A DNA stretch of 64,000 nt from Naegleria gruberi (lineage: Eukaryota). The DNA is taken from NCBI GenBank assembly GCA_000004985.1, contig GG738865.1, one strand, 5' to 3'. The position numbers and the translations under genes were made by a program. The notes beneath the pieces were generated by a model. The model did not search any database, was not told where the DNA came from, and was given only the letters and a program-made list of their open reading frames with translations. Positions 1-9,138 of the stretch are shown here, one piece after another. Each line of letters opens with the position of its first letter. Position 1 is the stretch's first letter.

Positions 1-1518
1 CTTCATATTTTATCTTCTGTGAGAAGAAAGTTAAAGGAGGAAGAGGCAGAAGAAGAGCAACCTGTAAATAACAATCCCAGACCTTCAAGAATTGCTGAAT
101 ATATCAAAAGATTTAGAACAGCTCCTCCTACACAGAGGAGTGAACGAAAACGTTTGGAATTTGAGGATGAAAAGGAAGAACCAATACCAGTACCAAGAAA
201 TGAGAGAAGGAAATCACCAGAGTTAGAATCTCTGGTTACTAATTCTAGAGAAGATAATCGATCATGGATGAAGAGAGCAATGCAAAGCTCCATAGATAGC
301 TCTCATCCTTCCATAAGAAACATTAATCAAATGAAAGAATCGATCAAGCAAGAAATAATGGATGTGGAGGACAACATTGAGCGTGCAAAAAGATACTCTC
401 AATTTAACCTAGATGAAGAGGAAGCCCTGGCCCTTTCAACACAAGATCATTTTTCATATATGGATACTCTAGACTTTAATATCAACGAACTTAATAATAT
501 TACAGATTTAGCTCTGGAAAATGGAAGTTTCAAAATGTTTGGGAATGTTGAAAGTATTCTGTCGAAGCTGTCTAACGAAAAAACCAATCAATCTAAGGAC
601 TCGATAAATTCTGAAAAGAAAATGGATGAAACTAGTGATTCAAGTGACGAAGAAAAACTAGATGAAATGTTTAGAAAAGGAGTATTATCGAGATTACAAT
701 CCATTGGGCTTCACGAGTCATATTTGGATCTGGAAAGTTATGATATTCTAAGTAGTAACGAGAAACCAAAAATTGAGAATGTCAAAGTTGATAAACTGGA
801 TGAGTTAAAGAAGGAAAGCGAGCAAGTTGAAAAATTGCTTCAAGGGAAAAAAAGCCGAGAGAATTCAATTATTTTAGAGAAAGAAAAGGAATTACCAAAA
901 CTTACTCAAAAAGATTCAAATCATTCAATACTAAGTAGTGTGAAATCCTCTTCCCAATCTTTGTTGTCTGAGGAAAAGTCACCTTCAAAATATGAGATTA
1001 GTATAGATCATGAAGATATGGAGGAAGGTTTCTTCCCTGTAGTAACCATTAAATCAGACAAGTCTGGCCCAGTTGTTTCTCAATCAATGGAATCATTAGA
1101 GAGTGACAATAGTGCGTTTGAGTCGAGACAATTAGACTTTGTTGACGAAGAAGAATTAATTCAAAGACAAAAGAAAAGCGAGCTAACACCACCAATGATG
1201 ACAGAAAGTATTGACAGTCTTCTTGGTAAATCCATTGAGTCTGTTTCATCAGTATCATCTGCAAATGATAATGATATGAGTACTATGGGATATTGTCAAC
1301 GAATGATTGAACAAATGGTTAGTTCAGAACCAGAACCTGAACCAGAAAAACCAATCATTGAAAAATCAATAGAAAAGAAAGAAGTAATTGATATTAATGA
1401 TGATAATCATGAACTCTTTACCAATGATTACATTTGCCAAACACTACGACAAAAAATAGATCAATTGAAAAGCAGATTAGTAGAGTTGGAGAAGAAGGAT
1501 TCCCTTCTCAAATACTAA
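1..1518 (+). CDS. 5'-partial CDS for an acidic, Ser/Glu-rich protein with a C-terminal coiled-coil (…DYICQTLRQKIDQLKSRLVELEKK). Function unknown. The reading frame is open to the window edge, so the start lies upstream.
   Basis: The 499-codon ORF is in frame from nt 1, and the track 'M' at 19 is a GTG. The composition is protein-like, and there are no stops in 1.5 kb of AT-rich DNA. No recognisable domain. Confidence 0.55.
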   Translation, partial: LHILSSVRRKLKEEEAEEEQPVNNNPRPSRIAEYIKRFRTAPPTQRSERKRLEFEDEKEEPIPVPRNERRKSPELESLVTNSREDNRSWMKRAMQSSIDSSHPSIRNINQMKESIKQEIMDVEDNIERAKRYSQFNLDEEEALALSTQDHFSYMDTLDFNINELNNITDLALENGSFKMFGNVESILSKLSNEKTNQSKDSINSEKKMDETSDSSDEEKLDEMFRKGVLSRLQSIGLHESYLDLESYDILSSNEKPKIENVKVDKLDELKKESEQVEKLLQGKKSRENSIILEKEKELPKLTQKDSNHSILSSVKSSSQSLLSEEKSPSKYEISIDHEDMEEGFFPVVTIKSDKSGPVVSQSMESLESDNSAFESRQLDFVDEEELIQRQKKSELTPPMMTESIDSLLGKSIESVSSVSSANDNDMSTMGYCQRMIEQMVSSEPEPEPEKPIIEKSIEKKEVIDINDDNHELFTNDYICQTLRQKIDQLKSRLVELEKKDSLLKY

Positions 1519-1584
1519 TAACATGGTTTGAATTTTGGCGCCAAAATTAAAAAGAATTTTCACGTTTAAACAAATTAAAAAAAA

Positions 1585-3624
1585 ATGAATGAATTCTCGC
1601 CAACAACATCAACCCTAACAACGAGAGACGAACTCAGGAGAGTCATCACGGAAACATCAGAAAGAGGTCTTATTCATACATCAAAATGGCTCGGAGAACA
1701 ATTAATATCACTGCCAAATGAAATACTTTCTAGAGTTGCAACCTCTACAAGTATTTGCACAAATACAATACAAGCAAATGAACAATCTTTATATGATCAT
1801 TATACATTCGCAAAAACACTATTTGATTCAAAGGAATATTCTAGATGTGCTTTTATTTTACAAAAACAAACTAAACCATCGACAATGGAGTTGAATCAAA
1901 ACAAAACTAGTCTATCATCATTCAGTAAGAAATGTTTATTTGTTGAATATTATGCTCTCTTCCTATCGGGTGAGCAACAAAAACAACAAGAAGTATTGGA
2001 ATATAGTTTAAATAATTCATCAAGTACAACAGCTACTGGGGTAGGAACCAATGCTAATGCTCATCATCAAATGATTCATCAACAAAGAAATCAACAAAAA
2101 CATCACAATCAAACTCAAAACAAATATCTTAGAACTATATTGAATGATCTTAAAACATTGCATACATTGGATCAAATGGATTCCTATCTCTACTATTTGT
2201 TTGGAGTCATACTAAAGGAAATGGAAATGAAGAGTAAAGCTCTCGATTGCTTTATCAAAAGTGTAAATTATGAACCACTTATGTGGGGAAGTTGGTTGGA
2301 AATTGTTTATATTCTTATTGATTTAATGCAAGATACTACTCAAAATGACAATCAATCCACTTTAATGTCTAACACATTTAAAAAGTTCAAAAGTATTTTA
2401 AAACAACATTGGATGATGAAGGTTTTCAAATCTAGACTTCAATTGGAAACTCTTTCAAGCCAAGGCAGTTTTACTCAATTAGATTTGGATGATGGCAATG
2501 AAAATCAAACATTCAACTTGATTCAAGATTTATGTTCACAATTTCCAAACTCTAATTATTTATATTCTCAACTAGCAATGTTGAGCTACCATCAACAAGA
2601 CTTCCAACAAGCTCAAGAATATTTCGAACACATCAAAAAGAAAGATCCTTTTAGATTAGAGTTTTTGGATACATACTCTAATATTTTATATGTGAGAGAA
2701 GAAAAAGCTGAATTGAGTAAATTGGCACACGAACTACACTCAATAGATAAGTATAGAGTTGAGACATGTTGTGTTATTGGCAACTATTACAGTTTAAGAG
2801 GTGATCATGAAAAAGCTGTCTTGTATTTTAAGAGAGCACTTTCATTAGATCCAAAATATTTATCAGCTTGGACATTGATGGGACACGAGTATATTGAAAT
2901 GAAGAATACTAAAGCTGCTGTTAATGCCTATAGAAGTGCAGTTGAAATTCAATCAACAGATTACAGAGCTTGGTATGGTTTAGGCCAAACCTATGAAATG
3001 TTAGACATGTCTGATTATGCTTTGTATTATTATAGCAAATCGTGTAGTTTAAGACCATATGATGGAAGAATGTGGTCTGCTCTTGCAAATTGTTATGAAT
3101 CATTAGAACAATTTGATGATGCACTCAAATGTTATCAACGAGCATATGATAACAGAGGTGAACAATTGAGTACACTACTCAAGATGGCTAACATATTTAG
3201 AAGATTAGATCAAAATGATAGAGCAGTTGAATTATATTCGAAATGTTTAGGACACTATGAATCAGACAATGTTCCAAATCAACTTCATCAACAATTAAGT
3301 TCTGCTGATGAAGCTGGTATTTTACTTTTCCTTGCTGATTATTATTATGAAGTAGCTCAACAAGATGAACAATATATTGAAAGTGTGAAACAATATTGTA
3401 TGTTACTAATGGATGATAGATTTACAGGTCTTCCAGAAAGAGATACAGCTACCCAATTACTTCATTCACTCAATTCTAATAACCTGTTACAACCTTCCTC
3501 ATTTGAAAATCAGTTAGAATCAATTTCACAACAGCAATCCACACAAAGAATATTTGGTGGAGGAGTTTTAAATCCTCAAGATTATTCGATTGGTGGCAGT
3601 GATTCTCTAAACTTTTTGAAATAA
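1585..3624 (+). CDS. cdc23: Anaphase-promoting complex subunit 8 (Cdc23/APC8), a TPR protein.
   Basis: Single 679-aa ORF with an ATG at 1585 in an A-rich context. The C-terminal TPR block [62 protein letters not shown] matches the CDC23 signature (human [28 protein letters not shown]…). The N-terminal [14 protein letters not shown] resembles the Cdc23 N-terminal domain. There is a dictyostelid-style Asn/Gln/His insertion. Confidence 0.85.
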   Translation: [679 protein letters not shown]

Positions 3625-3704
3625 ATCATACATTCCTAATCACGACAGAGTTAGGGGAATTCGATAGAAGCTAGATTCTTGTGATGAGAAATACATTAGT
3701 TGTT

Positions 3705-4643
3705 TTATTGATACTTTCGAAGAATATTCTGAATTGTATCAAGCAGTTTGTCATGCACTATTGATACTCTTTTGAAACGAGAGTTGAGATTTTTCAACGA
3801 GCTTAGATTTATCTTTAGAATATTGATATAGTCAACTGGAACAAACCCATCATGAGGTCCTCTACTTATCTGATTATTACATCTCAAACCAGTTTCAATA
3901 CTTTTCACCACTTGAAGGTTGACACGAGTTGCCATGATAAAGAATGGAATCATAAACATACTACAATTATTGAAATATTCTTTCTGAGACAAGTATGTAA
4001 TTCTTAAACTTGATTCTTCTATTAAATCCTTTCTACTTGTAATAGATATCATTATACCCAATCTCAGACCCTCAATAAGAATATCTTGTGTGAATTGAAT
4101 TCCATTCAAATATTCATCACAAATCTCATTTGAATTTTTGAAAATCTTGTCTCTAATATTGGCAATTAACAATTTGATAACTTCACTTCCAGTTTTCATC
4201 ATGTCCATACTATTTTCGTGTGAAATTTTTTCGAGTAGGAGATTAGCAATTTGAGGATGCAATCGAACACCAGTCACCATTTCATAGAGCATTGGCAAAC
4301 TTGACGAGAATTGTAAAACATCAATTTCTTGTAATGAGAAATTCTCAACAAATGAAATAGTTTTCACAGATTTGGTTTCCTGACTGGATAAGATTGGTTT
4401 CATGATATTTTGTGAATAGAATTTGGCAGAGTGGAGATGAAACTTTGAAATTTTCAATTCACCACAACCCATTTCGTACAATGCCAAATTAAGATAACTG
4501 TACGAGTTGAGTAGAGAAAGAGAATCATTACCCTTTGAAATGAACTTTCTTGATTTGAGTGCTGCTTGTTGTGCTTGTTCTTGATCACCACTTGATTGGA
4601 AACAAAGAGATTGAATAGAAAAGAAAAAGCGCTCCTCTCTTTC
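3705..4643 (-). CDS. Hypothetical alpha-helical, possibly TPR-like protein with an unresolved 5' end. The open frame continues upstream of the track ORF (3705..4487, TTG 'start') to an in-frame TAA at 4644-4646. A second coding-like segment in the same frame lies at 4647..4847.
   Basis: I translated the minus strand by hand. The frame reads …SIQSLCFQSSGDQEQAQQAALKSRKFISKGNDSLSLLNSYSYLNLALYEMGCGELKISKFHLHSAKFY… and runs into the 260-aa track ORF. There is no ATG before the internal EMGCGEL Met. I recognise no domain. Confidence 0.45.
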   Translation of the reverse strand, partial: EREERFFFSIQSLCFQSSGDQEQAQQAALKSRKFISKGNDSLSLLNSYSYLNLALYEMGCGELKISKFHLHSAKFYSQNIMKPILSSQETKSVKTISFVENFSLQEIDVLQFSSSLPMLYEMVTGVRLHPQIANLLLEKISHENSMDMMKTGSEVIKLLIANIRDKIFKNSNEICDEYLNGIQFTQDILIEGLRLGIMISITSRKDLIEESSLRITYLSQKEYFNNCSMFMIPFFIMATRVNLQVVKSIETGLRCNNQISRGPHDGFVPVDYINILKINLSSLKNLNSRFKRVSIVHDKLLDTIQNILRKYQ

Positions 4644-4982
4644 TTATTCGAATCTGATAGGCCACATTGTTTCATATTGCTGAATATACTTATCAAACTC
4701 TTCCCTTACCAAGTGAGGGTTTCTCTTTCGAAGACAAATGAAAAAGTTCAGTTGTAAAGGATTGGAAAAGTACCAAGAAAGAAACTCTATCGAATTTTCC
4801 AAATCAATCACTGCAAGTTTCTTATTTGGTGAAATTGGTTCGAAGAATTATCAGCCACATATAAATCTTCTCTTTTTTAAGTAGGATCTTGGGTCAAGCA
4901 TTATATTGCTCGCAGAGTCTTTTAAATCAACAAACGTTATTGAATAAGTCTTTTATTGTGAAAATTTCGAAGCCTGCCAAGT

Positions 4983-6167
4983 CTAGTTATCATCACCACA
5001 CAAATATTCAGTAACTTTTTCTTTTAGAATGTCATTCAAGGATTTGTCTGCTCCCCCCTCAAGATTTGAAGAAATAGAATCAAACCAATTTCCATTATTA
5101 ACTCTTTCCAATTCTTCAGAATTGTTTAACAAAATACTTTCCAAAAAAATTTCGTCATTTGGATCAAGTTTGTTCAATAAGGTTAATACTTTTTGACAAT
5201 TTTCGTTATTGGAGTACCTTTTAGTGTTTTGGTGACCAGCTCTATTAGATCTTAAAACGCATTTAGGAACAGGATCGCTCTCAGAGATTGGAGAATACCA
5301 TAAAGTGATCTTTGTATCTTTGGTGTACAATTTTTTCTCGTCTTTTTCTTGGATAAAATTTTTAATTCCAACATTCAATACCTTTCGTTGGGAACCAGTG
5401 AAATAAACGTTTAAAAAAGAAGATAAGGAATGATCCTTATCTTCTGCAAGTTCCAGATGGGAATAATATTCTTTAAATATTGCTCTTTCTCTATAGTTTG
5501 CTGACAACAAGAGTTCAACCGAAAATGTTTCAAATTCAAATCTTTCTGGCAACATTAAAAGATTATCTCTATATTTCTCAACCACTTGGTAAACATCTTC
5601 TTTAATGCTTTCTAATGCATGTCTTTCATAATTCAACCTATCCATAATTACCATTGAGTTATACACTTGGAATTTGTTATATTTCTCATTACCTGCTAAT
5701 CTTTCAAAATTAGCTTGTGATGATAATCTTGTCTCAATTTTACTTTTGTCAAGAGCTGAGACCAAAGCTCCAAGAGTTGAAATCGCACCACCTCCAATCA
5801 ATAAAGATCTAGTTCTTTGATTCATTGCTGCAAAAGTGTAAATAAAGAAAACGCCAAGTGCATAAACGAGATATTTAAATGAGAATTCTATGTCAAGATA
5901 TTTCCTGTCTTGGAATTCATAAGAATCAAGGGTCAATAACGGTGCAATCAGTAACAGAAGAGCAATACACCAGTGCCATGAGCTTAGGCTCTTCCACTTC
6001 CAAGTATCAGTAGGCTTCTTGGTTAATGGCTCTTGTTCTTGCTCAGACAAGCTTTCAACCACTACTTTGAATGACCTAAATCTCTTAACATTCAAGTTCT
6101 GCAAAAAAATTGGAGCAGAAAGCTTGGGGTTTCGTTTGGGAACAGCTTTAAGTAGGCTTCTTAACAT
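4983..6167 (-). CDS. Putative mitochondrial membrane protein of 394 aa. It has an N-terminal presequence-like MLRSLLKAVPKRNPKLSAP, then hydrophobic helices (WHWCIALLLLIAPLLTL and LLIGGGAISTLGALVSAL), then a soluble domain.
   Basis: ATG at 6167 and TAG at 4983-4985, checked on the minus strand. The N-terminus is Arg/Lys-rich and amphipathic, and there is a GxxxG-containing transmembrane segment. No family assignment is possible from memory. Confidence 0.55.
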   Translation of the reverse strand: MLRSLLKAVPKRNPKLSAPIFLQNLNVKRFRSFKVVVESLSEQEQEPLTKKPTDTWKWKSLSSWHWCIALLLLIAPLLTLDSYEFQDRKYLDIEFSFKYLVYALGVFFIYTFAAMNQRTRSLLIGGGAISTLGALVSALDKSKIETRLSSQANFERLAGNEKYNKFQVYNSMVIMDRLNYERHALESIKEDVYQVVEKYRDNLLMLPERFEFETFSVELLLSANYRERAIFKEYYSHLELAEDKDHSLSSFLNVYFTGSQRKVLNVGIKNFIQEKDEKKLYTKDTKITLWYSPISESDPVPKCVLRSNRAGHQNTKRYSNNENCQKVLTLLNKLDPNDEIFLESILLNNSEELERVNNGNWFDSISSNLEGGADKSLNDILKEKVTEYLCGDDN

Positions 6168-7372
6168 TTTTTAATAATGGAAAAAAAAATTTTGATAATG
6201 ATTATTTTATACATAATCTTTTTAGTAACAGAAATGGATAGAGATTCCATTTTGAACAAGAAATCATTATTATAATTATAATTATTATAAATTTGGAAAT
6301 TCCTTTTATTGATTTTTAATTCAATTAACAACTTGGTTTTGGGAATGGCATTTTTAAACAAATACAGTTCTGTACGTTTTTATTTTAAAAACATTATTAC
6401 CAATTTTACAATACCAAACAATGATTTAGAAATGAATCCATTTAAAGACCTACCCTCTATCTATTCAGCATTGAAAACTCCACAGTAATAATGTATTTCA
6501 TACTCTCCCAATAATACACCCTCAATTATATTCTTCATAAAATCCTATTAAACTTCCTCTCCTCAATATTCCATTATCATCATCACTACAACCTTCTCTC
6601 CCTATTACATAACACCTCCAGAAGAACATTCCTCCAATAATAACAGCACGTTTATCAACTTCTTACTTTGAGGCTTATTTAAAATTGTTTGTGCTTTAGA
6701 AATTTTTTAAAGTTTGAAAAAAATCAGCGAAGAGATAGACGACAATAGACCAAACAACAACGTGAAAATATATATTTATTTCATGTGAAACCTACAAAAT
6801 TCAAAATGAATGAATCTTTTCTCTGTCAATGAAAAAAGAGGATATACACTTTTTAATTTATTTCTTTTTTCGAATTTCACGCTCTTCTGTTCCGATTAGA
6901 TTCGAATATTGATATTTAGATATGTTCCAGCCAAATGTGTGAAAAACAACAAGCATTATTGTGTATTAAGTCAACTCCAAAATATATAAAAAAATTGAGA
7001 AATTACGAATTATACATCATTAGTTCTGTATTTTTTGATTGCGTTCAGGAGGAAGCAATTTGAAAAAAGCAATTCGGAGGTTAATGAAATAATTCAATTA
7101 AGGGTGATGCACGATGAAGAAAATTGATAGCTGTAGCATAAATCATTCAATTTACAATTAGATATTAATTTTTATTGAATATGAACATTTTCATATTTGA
7201 TTTTATTGTCTTATACATATTCATTAAAATCCATCTCACTACTTTCTATTTTGCTTTGTTGTGAATACTATCACAAGTTGATACATCTTGTTCTTCAACC
7301 TTCATCTATATTGTTTTCGGAGGCTTGTTGAAAAATTCTTCATCAAATCATCAAATAAAATATTAAAAAAAA
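6168..7372. promoter_or_regulatory. 1.2-kb divergent intergenic region between the minus-strand mitochondrial-membrane-protein gene and the plus-strand taf8. It is a presumptive bidirectional promoter region.
   Basis: Inferred only from the head-to-head gene arrangement. The region is AT-rich and has a pyrimidine-rich block at about 6470-6650. Confidence 0.3.
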
Positions 7373-7805
7373 ATGTCTTCATCACAAAACAATAACTCGC
7401 TGCGTAATTCTTCATCCATGATGATGAACGGAATGAATCAGCAAAAGATGGGCAATAATAATAATACAAGTAGATCGCAACATCCTAATCAACATTATGA
7501 TCATTTTGCGAGAGAGGTACTACAACGTGTAATTTCGGATACATGTAGATATTATGGATTTCATGCTATTAAAAGTAGTACAAGTGATTTTTTAATTGAT
7601 TTGGTGCAAATGTTTATTCAAAAAATTGCCACAACAAGTGTAATGTATAGTAGTCATTGTGGAAGAACAGAACCAAATGTATTTGATGTTGAAAAATCAT
7701 TAAATCATCATATGGGCTTGGATATTAACGATTTATTATCTTTCTTTTACATTTTACAAGATAAATCTGAAGAAAATTCTGTTGATTTGTCAACATTTGA
7801 ATTTG
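7373..7805 (+). CDS. taf8: TFIID subunit TAF8, exon 1 (histone-fold domain). It ends in phase 1 at the donor G|GTAAGT.
   Basis: ATG at 7373 after an A-run. FAREVLQRVISDTCRYYGF…HCGRTEPNVFDVEKSLNHHMGLDINDL matches the TAF8 histone fold (human …SYCEHTARTQPTLSDIVVTLVEMGFNVDTL). A GTAAGT donor lies at 7806. Confidence 0.75.
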
Positions 7806-7849
7806 GTAAGTTTGATAAAAATAATCAAATAACCTTTAACTTTATTTAG

Positions 7850-9036
7850 ACATTCCTGATATTCCTAAAGCACCACTTTCAAGTTTAATGTCATGTCCAC
7901 AAACTCATTTCCATTTACTCTATAAAAACAAAGCAAAATCACTTTTATTTATTGATGAAGAAGAGGAAGAAGAACATGAAAGACAAATTAAATTAATTGA
8001 ACAACAAAAACCAACATTTCTACCAGCTTTACCACCTAAACATACATTTAGATTTACTCCTATTATGAATAAGAGAACAAGAGATCAATATAGAATTCAA
8101 TTAGAAAAGACAAGACAAAGAAGACATATTGAAGAATCTTTAACAAGACTTCATGAAGCTGAATTGAAACAAGTTCGTGATTTATTAGAATTGAATGAAG
8201 TAAATGGAGAAAATGCATCACAACAATTGGAACAATTAATTAAAACCAAGAAAAAGACAATTGTCCAAAAGAATGATGTTTTATTACATCTTGAAAAGAA
8301 ACCAACTACAAATGTATTAACTCAAAAGAAGAAGGAAGAACAAGCAATTCAACAATCTATTACAGAAGATGATGAGGAACCTGTTGAAGAGGTTGCTGTA
8401 GAGGATAACATTCAAACAATTGTTAATCCATATTTACAAATTGAAAAACAAAGAGTTTCATTGGCAGTTCAAAGAAATGTTACAAACAGTTCATCAAATC
8501 CTCATAATGTCACAAGGTTGACCAATATTCTAACAACACCTAAAAAGAGCACAACTATTAAGAAACCTTTTATTTCACTTATTACAAGAGATGACAGTGC
8601 AGAAGTTCAAGCAAATAATTTAATGAAAAGTGGTGCTATTGCTAATACTACTCAAACATTATCAACAATATCAAATGATGATGGTTATATTGATAATGCT
8701 CAAATAACTCCAAAACAAAAAAAGAATTCCATAATGGAAACATCTATTGGAGGTTCAATCAACAGATCTGCTTCATCATCTGTTTTGAATGATTCAACTT
8801 TAATGCCACCACCTTCTTCTCTTCCTCCTCAATTTGCACCTCCAACCTTCCTCTCTAGTCTTATGGGTTCAAATACTGCTGTAAATAATGAAGTTATTGA
8901 ACCAATCATTAGTAATAATCAACCAATGTTAAATATTGGAAGTTCTATTGCCCCTCCTCCCTCATCTGATTTTGAAGAGGATGAATTTGAAGAAGTTGAA
9001 ATTGATGAACCAAATTCTAAAAAGTTGAAATTTTAA
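7850..9036 (+). CDS. taf8: TFIID subunit TAF8, exon 2 (Pro-rich TAF8 C-terminal domain and NPYL motif). The acceptor is TTTATTTAG at 7841-7849.
   Basis: After splicing the frame reads …FEFG|DIPDIPKAPLSS…. KPTFLPALPPKHTFRFTPIMNKRTRDQYRIQLEKTRQRRHIEESLTRL matches the human TAF8 P..P..HTYIKTPTYREP…DYQ…REK…QRRDVERALTRF. IVNPYL resembles the TAF8 C-terminal NPYL. Confidence 0.75.
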
Positions 9037-9138
9037 ACTAGGAAAACAAATACTTCTAAGTACGATTATAATAATAAATATAATGTTACAAAATTGTATT
9101 TGACACTCTAATTTACACAGTTATTTTACAAAAATGAA

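Noticed and set aside
1049-1264. Internal antisense small ORFs inside large genes (1049..1264, 2921..3124, 14627..14815, 15149..15403, 15581..15769, 23942..24127, 24921..25184 and similar).
   Set aside because: All are under 100 aa and embedded in well-supported genes on the opposite strand or in an alternate frame. They have no start context and biased composition.
4820-4845. GGTTCGAAG motif reminiscent of a tRNA T-arm.
   Set aside because: There is no matching A-box or acceptor-stem complementarity around it, so it is not a tRNA. No other GGTTCGANTCC-like motifs were found in the readable 28.6 kb.
6161-6361. 66-aa minus-strand ORF of Ile/Lys/Asn/Tyr repeats.
   Set aside because: It is pure AT-rich intergenic sequence immediately upstream of the 4983..6167 gene. 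No conservation is plausible.
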